Shown here piece after piece: positions 40,301 through 52,298 of a stretch of DNA of 64,000 bases. Origin of the DNA: Tubulanus polymorphus (taxonomy: Eukaryota; Animalia; Nemertea); assembly GCF_964204645.1 (NCBI RefSeq), contig NC_134033.1, positions 2,996,131 to 3,060,130 of the forward strand. Reading direction: 5' to 3'. The notes under the pieces were generated by a model, which was not told the DNA's origin, did no database searches, and saw only the letters and a list, made by a program, of their open reading frames with translations. Within the stretch, counting starts at the first letter, position 1; each line of letters opens with the position of its first letter. The position numbers and the translations under genes are program-made.

Positions 40301-41362
40301 CTCATAATTGTTATATATTACTGATGAAAAGAGTCTCATATTTGATATTTGTAGATGATTACTTTCCCTTAGATAAAGTTCGTGTGTTAAGTTTATAAGT
40401 ATTTAGAAATATTTTTTGCTTACCGTAAAATTCTATGGGGTCCATGTAGGTCTCGTTGATGAATCAGATGAACTGATGATGAGTGGGGTGTGTTGCTTAG
40501 TTTAGGTAGAAGTTATGCGGGATGGGATAATAGGGGAAAGGGTCAGAAATTGTGATTTATGGCTACTTTACAGGTGTTGTAAATTGATGTACGGAATGGT
40601 GGTTGTGTATCATTAGTCTTGATGTTCTGAAGGTTTTGTGTAATTTTCATTACCCTGCGGCTGGCTTTAAGTTGTAAGAGATGTTGCTTATAAATGATGT
40701 TCTGAAGCCTGTGCACTTTTGAAAAGATTTTTTTTTTTTGGGAAACTACAATAGGGTCTTGTGAATTTTTGGCGATTGGGGACCAATCGTCTGGGGAGGA
40801 GGATAGTATTGGGGTGATAAATTAGTAGTTTGCATAGAGGGAGGGAAGCCAGAGTTCAGGGCAGTGGCTGAAGTTAGTAAACAACCTACGTAGATGCTTA
40901 CGTCGCACACAAGACACTGAATAGAAGATAGGTGAAAGTGACGTGAGTATCTGCGTAGGGTTGCTGGTTATAGCGGCAGCCTTGAGCTCTGGTATGGCTA
41001 GGAAGTAAACAAGTAATAAACTCGTGACGTATAACATATGTAGAAGTATACGTCACGAGTAACATGAAATAAGATAAAAAGGGAGGGTCAGCACAGTAAG
41101 GGGAAGAGAGATGCGAGAGTGGCGGAGAAGCCTAAAAATACGAGCTGTAGGAAGGAATAAGAATTGTGCGGGAAAATAAAGAAAGAACGTAGACCCACGA
41201 GATGAGTTGTTATTATTCTGGAGTCAGAGGGATATCACTTATCGGATTAATCGGAACCAACAACGACAACACGAGGGGAGAACGCAACGTGGCCCCCACA
41301 ACAATTGGTTGAGAAATTCAACCCCGCAACATTGTTGGAGAACCGAAAGCAACTCCACAACA
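37310..41362 (+). mobile_element. Non-autonomous LTR retrotransposon; LTRs 37310-37866 and 40807-41362
   Basis: 557/556-bp direct repeats differing at ~6 positions, ending in CAACA; PBS TGGTGGAGAA (tRNA-Ala-like) at 37868; polypurine tract GGGGAGGAGGATAG before the 3' LTR; no long internal ORF, possible decayed gag motif at ~38930-39070; no TSD. Confidence 0.9.
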
Positions 41363-41424
41363 GTTCCAAGACAAACTTAATTCTATAGCCAATCTAATAA
41401 TTTAAGACCAGTGTTAAGGTTTAA

Positions 41425-41807
41425 CCCTTTTCTTTATTGAGGAAATGGCTTGATTTTTGGATATAACTTAGGAAATATACCATTTTGTGTGATTTGTTTC
41501 TTTATTTGACATTTAGATATACTTTTGCCAAAAAAATATTGTATTTTCTTCATGAAGTTTAAAAATTTTTATGAGGTGTGATTTGTCATTATTTTTGGGG
41601 TAATCATATATATGGAATATGTTATTCTGCATTATCTGATAGCTGTGAAAGTTACCTTTCATTTGGTGTAAAGATTATCTGTCTATCTTCATAATTTAAA
41701 AAGTTATGATGATTTTAGTAGTATCCTAGCTCGTTGTTTAATTGCATCGGCCATATACCTTGGGCACAAAAGACCTTTTGAGGGAAAAACGGTTGGGCAC
41801 CAAAGGG
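41425..41807. mobile_element. Possible piggyBac-like MITE relic
   Basis: TTAA|CCCTTT ... AAAGGG|TTAT termini; only 6-bp TIR and imperfect TSD. Confidence 0.3.
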
Positions 41808-42643
41808 TTATGACCACTTTTGGTCTGAAGTCCTGACTACGGAACCGGTCTCTTGGGCCCATAAAATTAACCAGAAATCCCTCGTTGGTTTTATCAGGGA
41901 AATGTAATGAGACGTCCCTGGTTTTATAGATCGATGATGTTTATTTCGTTTTTGTTGAAGGTGGTTTCGATATCGCGATGCAGCTTCCGTCGGGCTGGAT
42001 CCCGAATTCGTGGAAAATGGTGCCGTGTCCTGTTCGCGGTAACATACAGTACCGATTCACCGAGAAAAACAAATTCTGGACGCAATTAACATTTCACAAT
42101 TACAGGTATGGAAATAGTTCTTCCGAGGGATGCACGTAGAAGCATTTTTTCTTTTTAGTTTCTTTGATGATGGAGTTTTAGGAGTAACCCCGAAGCAGTT
42201 AGAAAATAGACTTTTCTTCATATAACTGTGTGTTTTATTTTTTTACGTAGAAGCATATTCAAAGAAAGAAGATTTTTACAACAAAAATTTTGGGGCGTTC
42301 CGGGATCAGTTGCGCATCGTACCTTCAGTACAAGTGTTCCTAAATCTTGAGACTAGCCTTAAGTTATTGTATTGGTTATAGAACTAAGATGACCCTTATG
42401 ATGGCGAATTTTAATGGTAATCGGGATATTGTGGGAGTGGATGTGTGTACTACGTCATTGATATTGGGGCTGGACTGGTTGGCGTTCAATATTGTCGATA
42501 TATTCAAATTAGAAATAACTTTCTTGATCCTTGATAATATATCATTCATAGTATATCATTCGTTGTCGACAATATCGAACAATATGTGGGTTATTCTTCA
42601 AGTCGTCAATAAACTTTCAAGTCAGTTTTCTTTTTATCTTTAG

Positions 42644-42819
42644 AAATGCCATTTACGAAGTGAATTACCGATGGCCGGGAGAAGAGGCGTGGCGAACGAC
42701 CGAACGCGCTAAATACGGCGCGTTCTTCATCATGAAGGACGTACCCGCAGACGGCGTCATCGAGGTCAAGGTCAAGTCCATCTTCAACTACGACGTCGTC
42801 GGCCGTACTACCGGCTGGA
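42644..42819 (+). CDS. Isolated exon encoding part of a fibronectin type III-like domain
   Basis: Polypyrimidine tract+TAG at 42643 and GTGAGT at 42820; GC-rich codon-like island; NAIYEVNYRWPGEEAWR...IEVKVKSIFNYDVVGRTTGWS fits the FN3 C- to G-strand pattern. Confidence 0.5.
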
Positions 42820-42944
42820 GTGAGTGTAGGCGGATCTTACAGGAATCCGTTAGAAATCTACCACCCGATTTAACACAATTTCGATGGAAATACCATTCTT
42901 AATTACTACGCCGCCAAATACGACCGACCTACGCCCAGCTATCT

Positions 42945-43289
42945 AAAGCCGGGCGCGTAGGTCGGCCTTGCGACGGCTTGCGACTCACTGCGACGCGACT
43001 TACTGCGACCGCCAGCGACGATCGCGTCGCAACGACCAACCGACCTACGCTACCTTGCGACTGCCAGCGACGGGTTGCGACTGGCAGCAACGCCAGTCGC
43101 AATGAGTCGCACATGTTCTACTTTCTGCGACGCGACGCGACCATCGCAACCGATCTACGCGCTCTTGCGACTGGAGAGCAAATAGTCGCACACAGTCGCT
43201 GACAATCGCGTCGCAACCGACTTGTGCAGCCACTTGTGACGCAACGCGACGATCGCGTCGCGTCGCAAGGTCGACCTTCGGCCAGCTTT
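42945..43289. mobile_element. GC-rich palindromic MITE with many GCGAC/GTCGC motifs (PIF/Harbinger-like)
   Basis: AAAGCCGGGCGCGTAGGTCGGCCTTGCGAC ... GTCGCAAGGTCGACCTTCGGCCAGCTTT inverted ends; an extra right-end remnant at 42921-42940. Confidence 0.65.
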
Positions 43290-44008
43290 CAAAGATGCGC
43301 CTTGCTCTGTTCAGTTCACGTACCGGTATGTTAATTTTCAATTGATTTTTTTTGTAGATTTGGATTACCAAGATTTCGGTGTTCAGCAGCCAGCAGTTTG
43401 CATTCAAACGACTCCCGATACTGACTGATATCAATAAATACTAATTCACGAAAGACAAGACGTGTATTTCTCATTAGTTCGTCATCGGAGAGGAGAGAGA
43501 ACATTCCGGGGCCAGTTACTGAGGGGGATGTCCACTAAACACCAGACATTGTGCTCGGATGCTGGATTGATGCTAATTTGAACCCCTATGAAAATTCCTC
43601 GGGACGCCTGACCATCCATTGGTTAACTGTAATCAACTTTTGAGCAAAAGGCACCCCGGTGTTTTTGGCCTATTACACCAACCAGAACAGAACTTTCATC
43701 GAGAACCGCCACAGGGCATGTACCGCTGGGAACGCGAGCATACTGAGTTCGAACATTGATAATCCATGTATCGAAATACTGATCTCAACTCTGGGAGTCG
43801 AACTTAACTAAGAACGTTCGTAAATACTGTGGTTATCTTTTTTTTTGTTTACGTATATGGCGACTCTCTAGCGCGACATTACGTGCGCAACATCTCTTTA
43901 TTTCTAACAGAGCAGAACCAGTGACTCGGTAGTTGATAAACAGAGATTCATCGTACACACCCCGTCGAAGATTCGTCAATCCCGCTGGCAGGACTGAAGC
44001 GCAAAAGT

Positions 44009-44056
44009 CCCGCTATTCCTGATGATGGCTGTCAGTAAAAACCGAAATGTTGTGGG
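44009..44056 (+). ncRNA. Degenerate Penelope-type hammerhead ribozyme motif
   Basis: CTGATGA-TGGCT..AACC-GAAATGTTG-TGGG with potential stem I CCCGC/GTGGG; stem II imperfect. Confidence 0.4.
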
Positions 44057-44119
44057 TTCATTTTCGCGATAAAACGGTATTTTTTCGTTTTATCCCGCGA
44101 TAACAATTCGTGGGCTGGT

Positions 44120-44450
44120 GGGATGAGCTAGGTCTCAGAATGAGCTAGGTCTGGGAATGAACTAGGCCTGGCGGGAATGAGCTAGGTCTGGGAATGAGCT
44201 AGGCCTGGCGTGAATGAGCTAGGTCTGGCGGGAATGAGCTAGGTCTGAGAATGAGCTAGGTCTGATAATGAGCTAGGTCTGGGAATGAGCTAGGTCTGGC
44301 GGGAATGCGCTAGGTCTGGGAGTGAGCTAGGTCTGGGAATGAGCTAGGTCTGTCGGGAATGAGCTAGGTCTGATAATGAGCTAGGTGTGGTGGGAATGAG
44401 CTAGGTCTAGGAATAAGCTAGGTCTGAGAATGAGCTAGGCCTGGGAATGA
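44120..44450. repeat. Minisatellite, 18-22 bp unit GAATGAGCTAGGTCTGG(CGG)
   Basis: About 17 visible tandem units. Confidence 0.95.
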
Positions 44451-46321
44451 TTTTTGATCGAGGCATTAGTTAACAGTCTATCGCTAATAGTTCTAAGAAT
44501 TTTCTTCGAATTCAGCGACAATTCATACACAATGGAAATTTGATTTTTTGAAATGTAGTGCGAAATGTTCTAAGATATTTCTTGTGCATTCTAATGAGGA
44601 CTGGTCCACTTCTTATATTTGACCGATTTATCCTCCAGCTAATGAATTATTGATACCCACTGGTCCACTTCTTATTCATTGTATTTGAAATGAACATGTT
44701 TCAGTTTGTTAGAATAGTACAGAGGGTGTGGTACGTATTATCATAGAACCACGCGTTTGTAGTTCAGTGGTATTTTGTAGCCAGTGGTGGTCGTGTCCAT
44801 TGAACCGCATTACGACAAACTCAGTTCATATCGTGTCCTGTTATTGTCCTCGGTCTTTGAAATCGTGTAATACGTGTTCGATTTGAATTGAACCAATTCT
44901 GAGGATTAATTCTTAACACACGTTGAATTCACTATATACACGCGTATATATGTCCAGTCCTTACGTGAGGTTAGGTGAGTTGAATCTTAAACGGGATTTT
45001 GTAAATCTATAAGCTATAAGGGCTCGGGCTTCTTTACTTGAATATTGATTCATCGGTCAGAATTGAAACTGTAAAATATGAAATTGTTTTCTTTTTCAGA
45101 TCAGCCAATCCTCATTGAGGACCTCATTGCTTCCAATACCGCGGGGCTGACTAAACCAACGCTGGTTTCAAAATAATCTATGATTCTCCACACAGAATTG
45201 AATTGGTGGTGAGTAGATTTGTAGGTTATAATACTGGATATAACGGATTGTATCGAGTCAAATTAAAAATCATAACGGTGATCATTACGTTTTTTCAGAG
45301 AAGCTCTACTTCCTCTGATTGCTGTCAATGCGTGCTGGACTTAATCAACTAATACACAGTGGACTTCAGGCCTTCTTCTCTTACTCGGGACCTGTTTGCT
45401 GTCAATACCTGCTGCGGACTAAATCAACGAATACATATTTGGAATACAGACATTCCTCGATTACTCCAGACCCGATTGCTGTCAATATGTGCTGGACTTA
45501 ACCAACCTGGACCAACAGAGCTCAGTGCTGTAGCCTGCTTGGATGTCATATCTTCTAAGTAACAAACAGAAGACTGATCGAAGTAATCCATGAATTGGTG
45601 AGTAGAATTTCTAACAGTTTTTCGTATAGGAAACTTAGGTTAGGTCGAGTTTAAGCCTATCTATCAAACAGATTGGTCCTCGTTACAGCAATTTCAGATA
45701 CATTAGACTCCTAACATTCCTCTTAACTCGAGTCAATTTCTGACCAGTGATTAATGTTTGAGGTGTTAGAAAAACCTGATTGATATTCTTGATATTCTGT
45801 TGTTGTTATGGTTCTAAATTATTTGTATTAAAGTTTGAAATGATAATTCCACTTGCCGGTTTTGACAAATTTGAGTTAAGAGGAGTCCTATGTAAAACCA
45901 TTTATCAGATAAAGGAAACTTGAAATTTATTCCATAAAACTGGACAATGAAATATTACTTGTAAATTCAACTTGTAACCGGTTCAATCGTCCGAGACATT
46001 CATACAGCACCTGAGAGTAGTCGAGCTATAGGCTTGGGAAGGCTTGTGAAGGTGGTCGCAATTTTGTCCTAAATCATTGATTCAAATTAGTTTCGATCGT
46101 CTGCTTGCCTGGAATTATGAATGTAATCTCTGATCGGTCAAGGACGATTAATCCGGTTATGACGACTGGTATGAAGTTCGGGTTTGACTATTTCACGGAA
46201 TGGTTTCGTATTGTAATAATGCGTATAAATATGTAAGTTACCGGGTCCGGAGATTGTGGTTCTAAACAACGCAACAGATGTCGCATTCGCTAATTTACAC
46301 TTGCCGTATAGTTTTCTCAGG

Positions 46322-46470
46322 AGACTCAGGAGGTTAGCTCGGTGGGCACAGGACGGCGCTCCGGCCCACCGGCCAATTCATGACAGAAATAGACTTTTTT
46401 ACTAAAATGGTTTTTGCAATTTCCGACCAACAGATGATCCCCTCGATTACCAGACTAATCACTTTGGCAC
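46322..46470 (+). pseudogene. Tc1/mariner transposase relic (inverted second copy at ~48320-48406)
   Basis: RLRRLARWAQDGAPAHR followed, after a frameshift, by SPRLPD, matching the QDGAPAH and PPRSPDL catalytic-domain motifs; the minus copy reads WAQDGAPAHRLMEVRN. Confidence 0.75.
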
Positions 46471-48557
46471 TACACACTCAACCTCGCTTAAGTCATTATC
46501 AGATAAGTCATCACACTACATCAGTATTTGTATTTACAATTCTCTGGACTAATTTGTCATACGTTCTTTCGGTAAGTCATCATCTTAACGATTCTCTCAA
46601 CTAAAGAAGACTTAAGCGATGTTGACTGTACTTTCTCAGTGAGCCGAATGAATGAAGACATAGCTATTTTGTGATGGCCCTTTCTGGTCTCCAGCGACGA
46701 ATCGGCTTCTGCAAGTAAATAAAGCTAGTGAGAGTATTCTTAGAAAAAATGATGGCAGATTTTGAATAAAATGACCGTGGAAAACCATTGCGGAAACCAC
46801 TTGGCTTGGTCCAAAGTTGTTACAGCCTGTGAGCTCTGTGACTGCACCCTCACTTATTGATGTTAACTCGGCATTCTTTATTTCATTGTTATCTTTAAGT
46901 GAAAAATAAATCATATCATGTTATTGTGTTCTGTTTTAAGTTTGTAATTTTGGTTGAATCTGCGACAAGTGTAAATTACTTATTCTCTTATTGTTCTTGC
47001 TCAGTCACACGTATAAAATCAGTAAAATACATTGAAGTGAAGCTGAAATTGACCTGATGCAATTGATACAAAGTTCTTTCGAGTTGTTCCTTGAGTGAAC
47101 ACGAAATAGTCGGAGTCTCCCTCCACCGGCGCGAACACGTCTCCCTCCATCGCCTTCCACTATCTAGGCCGTTTCGTGATGCAGTTCCACATATTTGGGG
47201 ACGGCGTTCTGCTTAGGGTTAGGTTTAGAGATTAAGACATTGTTAAAACGAATTTGAGTTAGAAATACACGTTGAAAAGGTATCACTGACGTGTCTAAAG
47301 CCTAACAACCACAACCACCTTTTCATAAAATATGCCCTGCATATTTTTAAAATGTTGATGCTATTTGTTTTGTAGGGTGTCGTAGTATAAGTGAATAACG
47401 TTGTGAGGAGGTGGAATACCTGAAGATATGCGAGGTGTAAATACTGAAATTCATTGCGTGTGTGTTCAATGAAAATAAAGTGTTTGAAATAAAGAATTCG
47501 ATTTCTGCAATTTAGGTCGGGTTTATGAACTTTTCATAGAAATACCGAAATAACGGGTTTCGTCAACACACCAAACACTCGAAGTTCAAGAGAATTCGAA
47601 ATGGTTATAGATAAATGCATTATTTCGAAAGTGTCTTTCTTGGTTTTGACTATTTCAAATCGCTAAACACTTCACTTACCTAGAGGAACGCGACATTTTC
47701 AAATGTATCATTATCGGAACCTTGAACCAGCAGCGGAGAGAAGTCCTTATACAGCACCAGCGGATGAGCAAAGCGTCGTTACAGCATCCAAACTCTACCG
47801 GGTGGTTCTTAGAAAACGCAACAGATGTCATTTTTCGGATATATTTATAACCGAAGATAATAAACTGATTATAAAACTTTTTATTCAACTAAGCCAGGTA
47901 TTCACTCAAAGATCAGCTTCACTATTCCGATGTATTGTATTTGGTTTATTGGTTTTATACGTGTGACTGAGCAAGAATTATCAAAATAAAGGAGACTCGT
48001 AATTTACACTTGTTGCAGATTTAAATAAAATGACAAATTTGAAACCTTGAAACCTTGATTCCTACATGACTTTTATTCAAAATTGTACAAAGTTTATTCG
48101 AATGTAAAAACGGTTTCTGGGACAAAATCATTTCTGATGAGGCTCTGCTCGCTAAACTTGATGACATCTCCATTCATCAGCCAGATACCAGTTATTAAGG
48201 CAGATTATTTCAACTTTTAAATCAATCTCTACAGTAATTCAGTTAATAGGGAAATTAGTGGCACGAGCTTGAGGATTTGTGAGTGAAGTTGACGTCTGAC
48301 AGGACGCAAAGCGCGATAACCATCTCGGTGAAAGTCAGTTTCTAACCTCCATCAGTCTGTGGGCCGGAGCGCCGTCCTGTGCCCACCGAGCTAACCTCCT
48401 GAGTCTCCTGAGAAAACTCTACGACAAGTGTAAATTAGCGAAGGCGACATCTGTTGCATTGTTTAGAACCACAATCTCCGGAACCGGTGATTTACACATT
48501 TGTAACATTATTACAATAAGAAGCCATTCCGTGAAATAGTCAAACCCACACTTCATT

Positions 48558-48560
<3 letters not shown>

Positions 48561-48610
<50 letters not shown>
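48561..48610. repeat. (AT)n microsatellite
   Basis: ~25 perfect AT units. Confidence 0.98.
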
Positions 48611-48613
<3 letters not shown>

Positions 48614-49270
48614 CAACCTTTCACAAACCTTTACTCGACTCCTCGGTGCCCGTTATAGTCTAGCCCACCTTCCTATACTGCCGAATTGCCCGTATCAACT
48701 CTGGACCAGGTCAAATGTGTTTAGAATTGGTTTTGCACTTAAAGCCAATTTAAAAGTTTGAACGGACACTTCAGTTTCAGTAAATCCCTGCAAAAGTTTT
48801 GTGTTATTGAGCGTCAGGTGACAAATCCACAATTTTAGTTATTTCTCAATATTTTCATATTTGTCTCGCGTCTAAATACAGAATCTAGAACGGTTTTAGT
48901 GTCAGACGATTAAAGCGGGTTACAACATATACGATATGGATTGTATGACCCAATATGCAATGAAGCAAATGTTTTCGATTGTTTATATCTGATAAATCGT
49001 TAGATTACTCGTAACTCGAATCTCTTCAAGTCGAATAAGCATTGAAACTCCGAAAACAAATATTGGAATACTTACATTCGATGCTGGCAATCAGATTTCC
49101 GTTGTTTAATTGGAATTCAAACACAAATCACTGAGATCACAATCGATTCGAGTTAAGATTGAGTCCACTGTATTTCAGTTTGCTATAACGAGGGTCCGTC
49201 ATTTCTTCGACTAAGCTTAAACCTAACCTAACCTTAATTTCCTAAACAGAAATAATTCAAAATTTCTACT

Positions 49271-49390
49271 CTACCGTTGGGTTCGAATCCCGAAACGAAT
49301 GGTTCGCCGCGTTGATACGGGGATAAACATGCTGGACCCAGTGGCACAGTTGTGAGTTAAAGCTAAATCCGAGATAAATACAAATTAAAC
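49271..49390 (+). mobile_element. 5'-truncated tRNA-derived SINE fragment
   Basis: B box GGTTCGAATCC, A-rich tail; abuts the end of the neighbouring dispersed repeat. Confidence 0.45.
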
Positions 49391-49639
49391 GAATTAATGA
49401 GTAATTCGGTGGATTTTACCGGATTTGCCAGACGCAATAGAAAAGAAATTCTGCAGTTTGCTGATGTAATTAAGCCACTTTTCGTCAACCTAATGTATCT
49501 CGACAAAATACAGCATCAGATGACGTATGAAATCAGTTGCATGAATCAAATTTGAAATCGATGGTTACATGTACATGGTATATGTACATGTAACATGGTT
49601 ACACGTAGTTACATGTTAGAATGTTTTCCTATCACAATC

Positions 49640-49920
49640 GGGCGGACCGGATGGCTTAGTCGGTCGGCGACTAGCGTGTCACCGCTGTGGCCCGGGTTCG
49701 AGTCTCGGAGGAGGCGGGTCAGGATGTGGCAAATGATCTCCGGTAAGCGGGCGAGTCGAGAGTACTGTCCTCCCTGGAATGAGGTTGCTAATGCGTGAGT
49801 CCTACAAAAAAACTGGTGTGGGGTAAATTATGTTTAATTCAGTCGTTTCTGGCTGAATTATTTATTTATCCCACAATACCGGTCCAGGCTGCGGAGTAAT
49901 TCCCCCAGGGACCTTCGACT
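49640..49920 (+). mobile_element. tRNA-derived SINE
   Basis: A box TGGCTTAGTCGG and B box GGTTCGAGTC at tRNA spacing, followed by a non-tRNA body. Confidence 0.65.
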
Positions 49921-51281
49921 TTTTTACAATATTAGTTTGTTATTTTAAGTTTAGTGGTGAGGGTTTGGGAAATTTTTTTATATTTATTCAATTCTTCGAA
50001 CTGAAGAAATCCAAGCGACTATTCGGTGCAAGCAGCGCGCGCGGTGATCAATCACAGTTCTTTCTCAACTGATGATAAAACTTTGATAATTTTTTTTACT
50101 TCACCAGATTTCAGTTAAAGAAGATGTGTACGCGGCGATGTCTGGTGAACTTGTGTATAAATTCGGATTCAAAACGACTCTATCCAATAGAGAATCACTC
50201 TCTGGAGACCTGCCATACGCTCTACTACACAATAGTGCCGCGTCACTGCACAAACCCTTAAGCAAACTTCGATATCCTAAAGCAAAACTCGAAAATAGTA
50301 AAATTGAGCCGGTATTATAGTTCAAAACCAGACGTAAATAGAAGGGAAATCTACACTAAAGTTTGTTGGATAGTTTAGATAAAATTTCAGCATACAATTT
50401 TAGGCAAAAATCGTAGCATTCGATATTTCTATCTTAAACAATATGTGCCTCTATGAATAGTCGAATTAAACTCGATGACCTGTAGGCCCCATTGAAAATG
50501 TTTGGCACGAATTGAATAGTTCTTTCGGATTAGCGTCACGGACTCGGGTCTGTCACAGGAATGCGCGATCGAGCTTTCTGATTGATCCATTCCGGTCGCA
50601 TCGATGATGCACCGTCGTTGATTGGTTGACGTAGGTATTAGAAGCGCGGTTCGAGCCGCCCGGTGCCAGTCCGAGAACCGATGTCCAGTGATGAAGGTCG
50701 ACCTATAAGAGCTCTGCAACAAGGCGTGAAGAACGTGTGGCTTTAAGCAAACAACCTACTGATAAGCGGCTGATGATGTTAGGAGAGACTGGAACGTGAA
50801 GGAATTTGTGACGCCTAGCGATTGAGAACGCAAGATGAGACTGGCGGCTGTTGATGCTGATGATTGCGGTGGAGATCCCGATACTGCTGCTGCTGCTGTT
50901 GATGTCTGATTTCAACTACAAACAGATTACGGCTAATTTGCTGATGAAGACGAGTTGCTGTTGTCGCTGATTTCCGATGTTCTATTTCGCGCACATTCAT
51001 ACATTATGAATATTGTGTCTTTTTAGGGTTAAACCGAAACCAGTTCGCTACTACTGACAACTACATGTACACAACTCGTTTGTCGCAACGTCCTAACTAG
51101 TCTGCTGCTGCTGCTGCTGCATTGGGAACCGCATCAACCCACATTAAGATAAGGTAATTATATTAAACTACACCCATCCTTACATTTTGCATATTCAATC
51201 TTCTTCAATAGCTTGACGATTATCCGATTTTCGTTTCCGTTTTTCAGCCAGCTATATTTGAGTTACAGCAACATCTTCAAA

Positions 51282-51575
51282 TCTCGAGACGCAGACTCTA
51301 CTCCGACTAAGGCACCATCTCCAAACCTCGAGATGCAGACTCCAATCCATCTCCAAACCTCGAGACGCAGACTCTACTCCGACTAAAGCACCATCTCCAA
51401 ACCTCGAGACGCAGACTCTACTCAGACTAAAGCACCATCTCCAAACCTCGAGACGCAGACTCTACTCCGACTAAAGCACCATCTCCAAACCTCGAGACGC
51501 AGACTCTACTCAGACTAAAGCACCATCTCCAAACCTCGAGACGCAGACTCTACTCAGACTAAAGCACCATCTACT
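51282..51575. repeat. 44-bp minisatellite CTCGAGACGCAGACTCTACTCCGACTAAAGCACCATCTCCAAAC, ~6.5 copies
   Basis: Unit starts at 51359, 51403, 51447 etc. Confidence 0.95.
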
Positions 51576-51879
51576 CCGTCATTATTTCGTTTTGCCGCAT
51601 GTTATAAAGTAACGTAAATAAATAAACGTCCATGCGTAAAATGCTCGTCTTACTAAAAATCTCTGTCTCGGGCTCCGGAAAGGACTCTTCCCCTCACAAC
51701 TTCATACTCGACACTGCTCCGGAAAGGACTCTTCCGCTTACAACTTCTCACACAATCAAGGAAAGGACAAACGCAAAGTACAAATCAAAGAATTTATTCC
51801 AAATTCAAAGTAGGAATTTCTTACAGCTTGTTTGCAAAAGTAAAATTCAACATTTTATTGAAACATTTTTTTTTATCAA

Positions 51880-51949
51880 CTAAAATGGGATTTGAACCAC
51901 CAACCATTCGACTAGCAGTCCAGCACCCTACCCACTACGCTATAGGGAC
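51880..51949 (-). pseudogene. tRNA-like sequence (pseudo-tRNA/SINE head, GCT at anticodon position)
   Basis: Minus strand GTCCCTATAGCGTAGTGGGTAGGGTGCTGGACTGCTAGTCGAATGGTTGGTGGTTCAAATCCCATTTT: A and B boxes present, acceptor stem does not pair. Confidence 0.55.
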
Positions 51950-52071
51950 GTACTGGCAGCACACAGAGGAACTCATATTTATCCATTGCTTAAGCAAATT
52001 TTATCAAAAAAATAATGCCATCTACCGGGCGAGACAGGAACTAGTTCCCATTTCAACCCGGTAGATGGTAA

Positions 52072-52240
52072 TAGAGAATGAGACAAGAGTGAGAGAGGGG
52101 AGGAGAGATGAGAGAGAGAGAGTGAGAGAGAGAGTGAGGAGAGAGTGAGAATGAGACAGAGTGAGGAGAGATGAGAGTGAAACAGAGTGAGGAGAGAGTG
52201 AGAATGAGAGAGGATAGAAAGAGATAGAGAGGATAGGATG
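52072..52240. repeat. GA-rich low-complexity tract
   Basis: (GA)n/GAGT-rich sequence. Confidence 0.9.
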
Positions 52241-52298
52241 GCATATCACCTGAACTTATGTTCCTCTTGTTTTCTATCTAGAATGCCGTTTACAGTTT

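Larger units (their letters stand above)
45600..49270. repeat. Large imperfect inverted duplication (best arms 46171-46369 and 48359-48556)
   Basis: ~200-bp arms highly similar with an identical ~60-bp core; weaker inverted matches at 46005-46060/48611-48650, 46935-46980/47999-48045 and 45600-45920/48980-49270. Confidence 0.8.

Noticed and set aside
50108-50320. Possible terminal exon (ISVKEDVYAAMSGELVYKFGF...)
   Set aside because: Acceptor-like site present but no recognisable homology or partner exon.
50481-51065. Possible solo LTR (TGTAG...CTACA with CCAAT/TATA-like motifs)
   Set aside because: No TSD and no second copy in the window.
51282-51575. CRISPR-like array in the 44-bp repeat (also 44120-44450)
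   Set aside because: Head-to-tail units without unique spacers, eukaryotic context, no cas genes.
51880-51949. Functional tRNA-Ser(GCT) gene
   Set aside because: Acceptor stem unpaired and no long variable arm.
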